DNA of 64,000 nt, taken from a virus (lineage: Duplodnaviria > Caudoviricetes). The translations under genes and the position numbers were made by a program. The notes under the pieces were generated by a model. It made no database searches. It saw only the letters and a program-made list of their open reading frames with translations, and was not told the origin of the DNA. Below, one piece after another: positions 1 through 11,100 of the stretch; the stretch's first letter is position 1; each line of letters opens with the position of its first letter. The stretch is taken from positions 1,085 through 65,084 of IMG/VR virus record IMGVR_UViG_3300008963_000003; one strand, written 5' to 3'.

Positions 1-1
1 C

Positions 2-3000
2 TTCAATTTCTTTCACCGAATTTGGTGTATAATCTAGTATATATTCAGCAGTAACTCCATCACCAATTTTAATATCATTTATAATTTGGTCTTTATATGG
101 TATATTTTCTGATGTTCCTTGGCCAACTACTTTTTCGCCTGCTAAATGCACTGTTTTAATACCTGTACCCAATGTACCTCTTCTTAATTGTCTTAATAGA
201 TTTCCTTGTTTTACAAAATATTCTATTCTTTCCTTATCTATCCAAATAACACCAGGAATGCCCAATAATTTATTAGGTTCATCGATTCCTGTAGCATCTT
301 CCAATTCAATTATATTATCATAATATTTTAAATCCTTAGATAGAGTATATGAATTTTTTTCTGATAATCTCTTATAATGATATCTATTAAGTATGTCTTT
401 GAAAATTCTAAATGCATACTCAGATCGTGCAACCGGCGCTGTAAAATGTAAAATATCTATAATATCGCCATCTTGTATTTTTTTATCAATTTTAAGTTGT
501 GTTTTGTTTTCAAGAATATAGTCAACTCCAGCAGTTAGGAGAGTTCCATTAAGCATAACCCACACATGTTTGGCGCCGATTGCAGGTTTTCTTAGATTTA
601 CAATGCCTCTAGTTAAACCATTTCTAATTAGTATTTGTTCCGGATCTACTAATGCAGTAGTAGGTTCATAAACTACCGAAAGCGTTTGTCTTTCAAATTC
701 ATTAACATCATGATTACTGAATACATAGATTTTAATATCTGTATAATCATTTGTTCTTAGATTCAATCTTTCACTTTGGATAACATCAAATGATTTTACA
801 GTAAACTCTGTACTATCTTCATTGTAAAAGATTTTGCTACTGTCACTCACATATAACAGTTTAAACAATTCTCTTACATATCCTTGTAATGTTAAAAATA
901 CAGTGTTTCCTGTTTGTGTAAAATCTTGTAAAACCATTGGAATTTGTGTTCCATCGTCGGCTGTTATTACAAACTCTTCACCTGTGTTAATTGTCCAATT
1001 TACTCCATTAGGAAGATCAATTTCTAATTGTGTATCAACTGTGGTATATTCAGCATCTTTTAATACACTAATAATTAATTCACTTCCTGGAATTATATCC
1101 TCTTGTTTTAAAAATACAACTCTATAATTAACAGGATCATATGAATATCGACTATTATCAATGAGATTTCCATTAATATGTATAACAATATCGTTGGTTA
1201 TCAGATCGCTTGGATTATCAAACTGCCAAGCTTGTATGTCATACTGATTATCATTGGTCATTGTATACTTAATAGCATAGCCTGGATTTAAAAACCTATT
1301 TCCGTCTTTTACTAGTACATATCTAGCAATTGGTTGTTTGTTAAATGGATAAGGAATTGGGTTATTATCAGTGTTAAATTCGTGAGCTTTATTGACTCCA
1401 TTTTGATTAAATGTTCGATCAATAATCATTTGACTATAAGATTGATTTTCAGTATTATATATAGTGTAATTTATAACGGCGCCATTTTCTGGTGCAGTAT
1501 TAAAACTGATTACTAATCTATTTTCTTTATCCCCGTAACTACTGTCTGCTTTTTCTAATACAAAATTATCTACTTTTACACCATTTACTGTAACAAACGC
1601 ACTAACTGGGGTGTTGTAGTTAACACTTGAAACAAAGCTTTCTGTACTTCCGTCACCAAAATCAAAATCTGAATCAATGATATTTGTACCGTTTGCACCA
1701 ATTGTTAAAATACTTAAAATTTTATTTTCAGCAGGTGCATTAGTTAAATTAACAGTTTTAGACTCAAAATCAATTTGATATTCGTCTGTGTGCAATACAC
1801 GATTGTCTATTTTTATTATAGTCGATTCTATAGTAAATGGATATTGCTCAAATGAATAAGTTGTAGTTGAACCATCTGTTATAAAATTCTCAACTGTAAT
1901 TTGTCCCTGGCCATCGGGCACTTTGTGATATACTTGCATATCCATAGTATCGGCTACTTGACCAGGTATTAATTCTTCAGGTCCTTTGCTGGTAGTTTCT
2001 GTTACAAAACCATCACCATCGACAATAATTTCTCCACTGTCGATACCTTTGGCAGTGGTATACTGAAAATTGCCACCGCTTAACTCTGTGTCAAACAGTG
2101 CATCACTTGGTACAAAACTTCCGTCACTAGTCGATTTTCTAATTACAATTACATCACCGTCTTGAGTCGGAATTACTTCTTCGTCAATGTCAATTGTATT
2201 AGTAATTCCGTCGCCAATAATACTGTTTATAACTGCATTTTCGTTTGATACTGCACTGCTGCCGTCAAAATTTGGATCATCTAATCTTACATTATTTTTA
2301 TAAAAATTGTAAACTACACCAGCTTCAAGAGGTGATTTTAATTCAAGTGTCTGAGTGCTTCCGTCTAATATAAAAATCTGATCATCAAACACTTGATCAA
2401 AAGTATCAAACCTAGTAGTGCCAAATCCACTGCTTGCAAAACCTTGCTCATTTCCGAAATCAATGCTATCAACTTGAACTCCGCCGTAATCAATTCCGTC
2501 CATTAGCTGTGCTAAATCATTTCCTGCCATTCCAGTAGTTGGATTATAGAAAAAATTAATTCTATCCGAAGCTGACAACATTTCAATTGATTTTTTATAA
2601 TTAACAGTTATATTAGCATCCAAAGCAGGAGCATTTTCAAAAGTAATTTTTCCTAATTGACGCTGATAAGATTTTGTATTATCAACAACGTTTTCGACAA
2701 AAAATTCGCCTGATAGCAATTCAATATTGTTTACAAAGATTGTAATTGTATCTCTATTAGTATCAACTGGATATCTTAGAATAAATTCTTTTTTTGAACC
2801 TGTTCCTGTAAAAGCATCTGTTTCGTCTAATTTAGTAAACAGATAATTACCTGTTATTCTATCAAATTTCACAGTAACATGTGTGCTTCTAGTTTTATTA
2901 TTTCCTAATATTACATTTGCCTTAGCAGGTTTACTAGATTCTGCTTGAGAACCTTCAAATGTAACTGTCGGAGCAGTGATATATATTGCGTTTGAAACAT

Positions 3001-5167
3001 CAATATCAATACTATTAACAACTCCTTTTGCAATAGTAGCCTTTCCTTTTAAAGTCGGGCCGCCGCCGCCGGAGATAGTTACAAAAGGTCCTGATGACCA
3101 ACCGGAGCCGCCGTCACTGATTACTATGTCTTTGATTTCAAACCCTACATTGTCAAGCCAAGATTTTTGAGGTGGAGTTTGTATAGCGTCATTGATTCCT
3201 GTTATTTGAGAATCAAAAACTTTAACATTTTCTGAAATAATTTTTTTAGCAATTTCGTCATACCTTGGCGGTAAGTCAAAATCAGTTACTGTGGTATTTG
3301 TCGGTTCAAGTTTTTCATAACTGCTGATGTACTCCCTTACCTTGGTTTTATAAGGTTTAACTTCATTAACATAATCTTCATAGTTTTCTAGGTTATCATT
3401 CTTAAATGTAACTTTTTGTTCTAATTCACCTACATTATGCTTGGCTTTTATAAAGCTAGTCTTAAATATCCAATCAACTGATGACTGTTCAGCTAATGCA
3501 TATCTGACACTGGCAAAGAATAATTTATTAAATTCAACTGCTAACTGATCAACAAAAATATTATCTTTGAGTGCTTTTAATATTATTCTAGTTTCTTCTA
3601 TAGCTTCTCTGTCATATAATAAAGAATCATAAACTTGATTGTCAAAACCACTGGTAATATTATTGTATAATAATTTACTAAATTGTATAGTTCCGTTTTG
3701 CCTACCAATGGTTTTATAATTCACTGTATAATCAACCTCGGGCTGATTGTCTATTTTTTGTAACAATAACCATCCGCCAGTGCCTATGTTTTCAATTTTG
3801 ACAATATCACCTATTCTATCGTTTAATGAATCAATTTCGTAACTAGCAGAAATCAGATAATCAATTGGTGTTAGATTATCAAAACCTTCGTCATACCAAT
3901 CCCTATACTGCCAATATAGATTTGTATCATAATCTTGATTATCGACTCTAAACCATTCATTGGTAGCGTCATTCCAATTGTATAGAGACCAAAATCCACT
4001 TATTGAATTGTCATTTTCAACTAATACACTGAATCTTCTAACTGATACTATTGTGTTATCATCATAATCAAAACCAGTATTTTTTACTGTGGCATTTATT
4101 ATCTGTCCTATATTGTTTATTTCAGTCTTAATAACAGCATTTTTGCCTGTACCAATAACACTTACAGTCGGTCCTTTTCTGACTGTGTCAGTTTGACTAT
4201 CATATGAAGGATCGATATAACCACGTCCAGGATTAATAATTTTTACATCGATTATTTTTCCATCTTCGATAACTGGTTCTAATATTGCTCTTGAAATTTT
4301 AGCAGTGCCAACAAACCTTAGTTCAGAATCTGTTTCAACTTTAACGTCATATGTTTTTGAAAATTTCGACGGTAAAGGATCTATTTTTGATAGAGGCGAT
4401 AAATCAAAATCATCAACAATCAAGTTTTTTTCAAGAACACTGTTTACTCTTTCAACAACTTGCTTCAAGGCTTCATTTTTGTTTACAAACATACTTTGAT
4501 TTGGATCATTGAGAATGCCGTATCTTCTAGCTGGACTGAGGTTTAAATCAGGTAATTGGTTTCTTTCTTGATCATAGCCTACTAGACTATCTATCCATTT
4601 ATCAATTATGTAATTATTTGGAATACTTGTTTCAAGTCCTTCTGATAACAACTCATATTCTCTATGAATATTTTTATCATTGTCTAATGTATTGTAATAT
4701 TCAAAATGTATGACTGTGTCTTTATCTTTAATTAAACTTTTACAATTATACAAGGCGTACTGATTGTTACCAAATATGGCAACAAATCTATATCCTGTAC
4801 CTGCTGGATCTCTTATAAGATCAGCAATTTCGCTGCCAGAAAGTTGTCTATTATCAGTGTTAGGAACTGTTTTTTTGTTCTTTACCCAGAAATAGTATTT
4901 GCTGTTAAAAGTGCTTGATATTGGATCATAAACATCAGCTCTACTGTAGCGGCTATCACCATATTTACTTTGTCCACTAATTCCGTCAACGACTCCGGCA
5001 GTAGTATCAGCTAACTGATCCCACTCTGACGGCGGAATATCACTTTCGACCCATTCGTAAACATCAATATCAAAACCTGGAATTAATCTATTCCAATTGT
5101 TTGCACTATATTCAATATTACCTTGATATGGATTATACCATTTAGTTACACTGAGATCCCACCACAA
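2..5167 (-). CDS. C-terminal continuation (about 1,720 codons, runs off window start) of the giant baseplate wedge/virion structural protein; missed by the ORF track
   Basis: Frame reads (K)LWWDLSVTKWYNPYQG at ~5167, DYVNEVKPYKTKVREYISSY at ~3350 and LDYTPNSVKEIE at the window edge. All three spot checks are in the same frame. Joined to the upstream ORF by a 1-nt shift at 5168-5172. Confidence 0.85.
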   Translation of the reverse strand, partial: MWWDLSVTKWYNPYQGNIEYSANNWNRLIPGFDIDVYEWVESDIPPSEWDQLADTTAGVVDGISGQSKYGDSRYSRADVYDPISSTFNSKYYFWVKNKKTVPNTDNRQLSGSEIADLIRDPAGTGYRFVAIFGNNQYALYNCKSLIKDKDTVIHFEYYNTLDNDKNIHREYELLSEGLETSIPNNYIIDKWIDSLVGYDQERNQLPDLNLSPARRYGILNDPNQSMFVNKNEALKQVVERVNSVLEKNLIVDDFDLSPLSKIDPLPSKFSKTYDVKVETDSELRFVGTAKISRAILEPVIEDGKIIDVKIINPGRGYIDPSYDSQTDTVRKGPTVSVIGTGKNAVIKTEINNIGQIINATVKNTGFDYDDNTIVSVRRFSVLVENDNSISGFWSLYNWNDATNEWFRVDNQDYDTNLYWQYRDWYDEGFDNLTPIDYLISASYEIDSLNDRIGDIVKIENIGTGGWLLLQKIDNQPEVDYTVNYKTIGRQNGTIQFSKLLYNNITSGFDNQVYDSLLYDREAIEETRIILKALKDNIFVDQLAVEFNKLFFASVRYALAEQSSVDWIFKTSFIKAKHNVGELEQKVTFKNDNLENYEDYVNEVKPYKTKVREYISSYEKLEPTNTTVTDFDLPPRYDEIAKKIISENVKVFDSQITGINDAIQTPPQKSWLDNVGFEIKDIVISDGGSGWSSGPFVTISGGGGPTLKGKATIAKGVVNSIDIDVSNAIYITAPTVTFEGSQAESSKPAKANVILGNNKTRSTHVTVKFDRITGNYLFTKLDETDAFTGTGSKKEFILRYPVDTNRDTITIFVNNIELLSGEFFVENVVDNTKSYQRQLGKITFENAPALDANITVNYKKSIEMLSASDRINFFYNPTTGMAGNDLAQLMDGIDYGGVQVDSIDFGNEQGFASSGFGTTRFDTFDQVFDDQIFILDGSTQTLELKSPLEAGVVYNFYKNNVRLDDPNFDGSSAVSNENAVINSIIGDGITNTIDIDEEVIPTQDGDVIVIRKSTSDGSFVPSDALFDTELSGGNFQYTTAKGIDSGEIIVDGDGFVTETTSKGPEELIPGQVADTMDMQVYHKVPDGQGQITVENFITDGSTTTYSFEQYPFTIESTIIKIDNRVLHTDEYQIDFESKTVNLTNAPAENKILSILTIGANGTNIIDSDFDFGDGSTESFVSSVNYNTPVSAFVTVNGVKVDNFVLEKADSSYGDKENRLVISFNTAPENGAVINYTIYNTENQSYSQMIIDRTFNQNGVNKAHEFNTDNNPIPYPFNKQPIARYVLVKDGNRFLNPGYAIKYTMTNDNQYDIQAWQFDNPSDLITNDIVIHINGNLIDNSRYSYDPVNYRVVFLKQEDIIPGSELIISVLKDAEYTTVDTQLEIDLPNGVNWTINTGEEFVITADDGTQIPMVLQDFTQTGNTVFLTLQGYVRELFKLLYVSDSSKIFYNEDSTEFTVKSFDVIQSERLNLRTNDYTDIKIYVFSNHDVNEFERQTLSVVYEPTTALVDPEQILIRNGLTRGIVNLRKPAIGAKHVWVMLNGTLLTAGVDYILENKTQLKIDKKIQDGDIIDILHFTAPVARSEYAFRIFKDILNRYHYKRLSEKNSYTLSKDLKYYDNIIELEDATGIDEPNKLLGIPGVIWIDKERIEYFVKQGNLLRQLRRGTLGTGIKTVHLAGEKVVGQGTSENIPYKDQIINDIKIGDGVTAEYILDYTPNSVKEIE

Positions 5168-8100
5168 TTTTCTACTGCATCAGAATTCCAAGGATTATCT
5201 GTTCCAGTGTTAGATGAACCTACATTGTAAACCGCAGGATCATAATAAAGTTTGTAACTTAATTCTTGTTCTGCAGGATTTGCAATTTTTCCTTTGATTG
5301 GATCAATTATGTCTAAATATGTGATCAAATCATCAGTTGTCTTGTCATATAAAAACGCAGTCTTCATAAAATCATAATCTACATGATCCTTGGCAGAACC
5401 AATTGCTTTCCAATTTTTTACATTTCGGTCGCTGCGTAAATCGAAGATTACGCCTTTTTTATCATCGGTATAATCTACATTTGGCAAGGACAAAGTTATA
5501 TGGTTATTTTTAAATATTAACTTTGAGCTGTACACATTACTAAAGTCTCTTAGTGTTCTAACTCCGTTGTTATCTATTGAATAACTTGCGTAATCAACAA
5601 TTTCGCCAATGATATACTTGTCACTGATTTTTTCAAATACATAAATCTGATTTTGTCGTTTTAAAATCTCATTAAAATTAGTAGTTTTATTATCAAAAAA
5701 TGTTGAATTATTGTCAAAAGTTACAGTTTCTTCAACTTTGCCATTGAGACTTAAAACTGCCAATTTGTTTTCAACATTAAATTCTAAACTATATCCAAAC
5801 AATTCATTTTTTAGTCCTTTTAATGGATATAAAGTTTGATTTAAATTATAAGATTGTTGTTCAGTATCGTATGTATATATTAAAACTCTGCCGGTGTCTA
5901 TACCCTTGTCATCGTTGTACACATCGCCAACTGCAATGTTAGAACCATTGGAATCAATTGCTAATCCAGTATTCCATAAATTATCGGTACTGTTAATTGT
6001 TTCTTGAAATTGATATCTTCCATTGTTTATTTTGTATATTGCTAGCTTGGTAATCGATTCCACTGTATCAAAAGAACTCATAACTAAAGTATTAGTATCA
6101 GTGCTAACATCAAACAAGTCTGCTATATTTGTTGAATTTGTAAAACCTGTACTATCACTGTCGCCATCAATGACATCACTGAGATATGGCAAATAACCAA
6201 CTCTATCAAAATTTAGATCAATTTGATTCCAGTCCAGTTCTCCTCTGAAACCGGTATTTTTTGGAACAGTGTTAATTGCACTATACAGTAAACCTTCATA
6301 AAATACAATTTCGTCTTGCTCATATTTTACAGCAGGATTAAAGGTTCCTCTGTACAACGGATCGGCTGCTGTTCCAAAATTGTTTTCGTTTTTTTCAAAC
6401 AAGTATATTCTGCCGTTGTGTTTTTTGCTTTTAATGTATAGCTTATTTTTAAGTGACACATCAATTGCACTTTTGATTTCTGAACCAAATTTTTCATTTT
6501 GCGACGGAAATACAGAAACAAAACTGTCTAATAATTCAAATCTGTTGTTTAATTTTTTTTCGTAAATTTGAACAACACCTTGATCTTTAAAATTGCTAAC
6601 TGTTCCGTTAGAGTCTACAGGTATTGAAAATACCTGTTCCCAGTCATCTAATGTATAGTCTATAGTGCTTCCGTCGGCAGGCGAATCTATCTTTGCCCTC
6701 CACAGTGTTCCTCTGTCATTAACAATATCGCCTTCTAGAATATTTCCTTGGACTTGTTCTAATAACCCAATGTATCTTGTTTTTACATTTGAAGCAGCTG
6801 GTGCTCCAACAATAAGATAATTACCATCATCGGTTATTTCAACTGATGCACCAAAATTTGAACTTAGATTGAAATTTTTTCCATATGTTATAACACCGCC
6901 CTTGATATATGCGTCAAAACCTGTTGCATCTACTGGAATAGTTAATTCAAAATCTTTGTATAATTCAATTTGATTTCCAAATGCCGTAGTCTTCACAAAG
7001 TAGTTTTTTTCGTTTATTTGAGTAGTACCAACAACTTCAGAAATTGTTATTTCGTCACTGTTGGATAAATCATGAGGAATACTCGTTTGCACTACAGCCG
7101 GATTATTCAATAATACACCATTTATGTTTAATGTTTTATTAAATTGAGAGTCAATTGTTTGAGTTAAGGTATATTCTTGAGTATCACTAATTCTAGTATA
7201 GATGTACACCTTGTTGTCTTTAGGTCGGCCAACTGCCATTACATTATTGTTAGGATTAGTATCAATGCCTACGCCAAAAAGACCATTGCCTAGTTCAGCA
7301 TTTTCAATTTCTTGCTGTTGCTCATAGATTTTAGAATTTTGTAAAACTGCAAATTTATTGTCTATATTGTCAACCCAAATTTTTTCTCCTGGTGTTAATC
7401 CAAGATCGTTTATAAGCAAATTCATTTGTTCAGCTGTTGCAACACGTTTGCTGGCTATTTCGCTTACAAAACCAAGTGTGCTATCTTCAAAATCATAAGA
7501 TTCGCTACTCAATGGTGTATTAAGGTCGATATCAACACTGTTAAGCGTACTGCTTTTAACAATATGGAATCCATTAATTTCATTATTAATATTGTCTATT
7601 CCAATAATCGAACCTGGTACAAAATTTATATTCTTATCAAAATACGCAGTAAATCCTGTTTCTATACGCTCAATTGAAGTAATTCTTTTATCAGTTTTTA
7701 TGTGTTCAAAAACATTCCAGGAATTTTTAAACTGAGGTACCCATATAATATTTCCTATTTCAACAAATTTTATGTCTAATGCTAAGACATCATCTATAGT
7801 TTTTGCAATAAAATTAACTTGATCTAAATTTAGATAACCACCAGTTTTGCTAAAATTGTTATCTGAATAAATTACTGGAAATGGTGTATGATCATAATTT
7901 TTTGGTTTTACATAGACATCTTTTAATGGATATTGAAATACCAAGTCTGTTCTAGTATTATCTACAACATTTACCAATTCAACTAACTGTGGTTCAATTC
8001 TAAATAATTTTTCATCTAAAATATATTCTACTTCGTCGGATTGATCAATTGCACCGTATTGTCCTTTTCTAACTGCCCATTCTTCAAAAAATTCAAGACT

Positions 8101-11100
8101 GTCTTTGTTAGCACTGCCTAATTTATCAAACAGTTTAATTAAAGCATTGTTAGTACCTTTGTCTTGTATAAATCCTTGATAAAACTTGTATTGACTTACG
8201 TCATCCGTGATAATATTAGACAAATAATTTCGTTTTTGATATCCAATAAGGTGCTGTGCTAATCTTTGTTGTTCGCTGTCAAAATTATCTGTATCTAGAT
8301 CATAGAAATCGGCAAACTGTTTTGCTCGATAATCCCAATTTGGTTTTAGTGTCGATTCTGGTCTTTCACTAAGTCTATTCCAGTTTGATGCATCAAAAAT
8401 ATTTGATCCTGAAATGTCTCTATCGGCACTATAATAAAATTCTTTGTATTTGACTAGGTCTCCAATACGATAATCTTGCCACGGTGTCCATTCTGTTACT
8501 TTTGCATCATCGTATATAAATCCAGGAATATTTAATGTACCGTTCCAATCAGTGGTCCTGTAACCAATAACACGAATTCTTTCTTGTCTATATCCAGGTT
8601 CAGGATCATATATGGTATCGTTAAATACTGTTCTATTATCTATTAAGACACTGTGTTCAGTTTGTATCAATGCAAATTTTGCAAAATATATTCCATCATC
8701 AGTATTAGTCGGAACAATAGAAAATTGATTTCCATCTTCTCTTACAGTATTTGTAAAATCAGTTTTAAGAACATTTCCGTCACTTTTTAAGACATTATAC
8801 TCGTAAAAACCATTATAAATGTCCTGTACAGTATAAAAATCTCTAGTAAATTTGCACTCATTGGCAGCAGGGCTTATAGTAATAATTGTTCCAGCGGCCC
8901 AGTTTTGTGTAGTCCAAAACAGAAATTCCCTAATTGCTTGTTGAAAATTTTCAACGGCTTCGGTTGTTCTGTTAAAATACTCAAATTCAAAACCAATTGA
9001 TTTTAAATATTCTCCATACCCTAAAATAAAGTCAACTACTTGTTGAATATCAGTATAAACTTTTCCGTAATTAACTTTGCTTGGTACAGTTTCAAATTTT
9101 TTCTTGATAGTTGCAGTAGCGCCACCAACTATAGGCAGTTCTGGCAATAATCTAAATTTGTCTAATTCAAAGCTATCATTGGATGTATGAGTTGTAATTA
9201 CTCTGTAAAAGTTTTGTTGAAATCTTACAATTTTTCCAGTTACATAATTGCGGTTTTCGGCCCAATTTATAAAACTTTCACTGATTCCGCCAACATTTAT
9301 ATTAGGATCATTATCCGATTCGATAGGTTTAAAATAGTTAAAATAGGTGTCTTCGTTGTCATAACCTTTGACACGATATCCTTTATCGATTTTTTCAATT
9401 ATTATACCACTGTATCTTACAAGTTCTTGTACACTTGAACTTGTTAAAATTACATCATAATTTTCTTTGGGTACAAAAATATTTCCCTTGTTAGAGGGTG
9501 TTCTGCTATCTAGCACAAGATTTAACTTACTCTTATCAGTAAATCCTGCTAATTTAAATCCAAGTTGATGATCTAGACCTGACAATTCTTTAATATAATT
9601 GTTGTAAATTGTCTTCACATTGCTTGTCATATAATTTTGTATGTAATTGACCAACCCGGATGTTATAACATTTTGATCATTGACAATTGATCCAGGAAAT
9701 ACTAACTCACTGAGTTTAATTCTTCTGCCTGTTTCGGTGTACTGTAAATCGCCATTTAAACCTCTATTGATGCGACTGCAATCAAAGATTTTTGCTAATA
9801 CATCTGCCGGTCTTTGAATTATTAATGCCGATAATAAACTAAATGGATATTCACTGCTACGTCTCCATGCTGTTTCCGTTGGTGCCTGGTCACCAAATTC
9901 GTATTGCAAATCTCTTTGAGTTATATAACTAAATTCTTTTGCATATCCACTCGCTAAAGGACTTAGTAAATTACCATTTTGATCTACTGGTAAATGTTTA
10001 AGTAACCCTGCTCTAATATATTTTTTTAATCTTACTGGTTGTTTTCCGGGTTCATTTACTACACCGTTTTCAATGTCTCTCCAAAGAATTAAATTATCAC
10101 TGGTATACGGAGCAGGTCCATATTGTTGTTCCCACCACTGAGGTTTAATAGTATATCCGAGCATTTCCCAAGGATGTGTGTGAGGACGATCCGTATCGTA
10201 AGCTTGTTTGTAAACAGCACGCCAAAATCCTGGAAGTTTTTTTCCATTAGGGCTAACAGAATTAGAATAATTGTATGTAAAACTTTCTGATTGTGTAAGA
10301 AAATCATTGTCTGTATAATCAGGATCGCCAGCTTTTTTTAACCATTCGACAAAATCACTAATCATTATATTATTCAATGCAGAATCAGAAATTTTTGTAT
10401 TTCTAAACTCTCCGCCTACATAATCAGTGATATCAAAAATATCACTGTTATACTCAACTTTGATATTATTAAATATTCTTTTTTCTAATTCTAACAATAA
10501 ATCATCACGAAAATCGCCATATGCAATGTTGATACTGCCGTCATGTCCTCTAATTACATCAGTTGGAGTTTTATAGGTGTTATCAAAATACTTTTCAGGA
10601 ACATATTTTGGATAAATTCCTAAGCTACTAGGTGTCGGAGGAATAAAGCAGCCTTCAGTGGTCTCATATTCATATATTTCAATTATATCGTTGTTGTTTA
10701 ACTCAGATAAAATGTTTACAAACCCTTCCGGTGTAAAGATATAATCTTGTTCGAATACAAGTTGAATGCTGTTAACATAAACTGTAACTGCCTTGTTAGA
10801 AACGGATATCATATCAAAAGGTTTTGATAATGCATAAAATTTGTTCTTATTATTTAAAACAGTATATTGTAATTTTTTAGCAGCACCTATGCCTATCATG
10901 TCAGTGCTAAAAAACGGCATATTAGAATTTTTGTCTTTGTTAATTTCATCTAAAATGCGATCTACATGTTTTTTTACAGGTCCGTCAAAGCCTAATGTTT
11001 CAGCTGTTTGCATGAAAACTTTTTTAAACTTAGCATATTCATTTCTAGCAAATTTAATTGCATCAATAATATTAGCATCTTTGCTTGCCAAATGATACAA

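Noticed and set aside
834-4499. Short plus-strand ORFs in the first 5 kb
   Set aside because: Antisense to the long minus-strand frame 2-5167.
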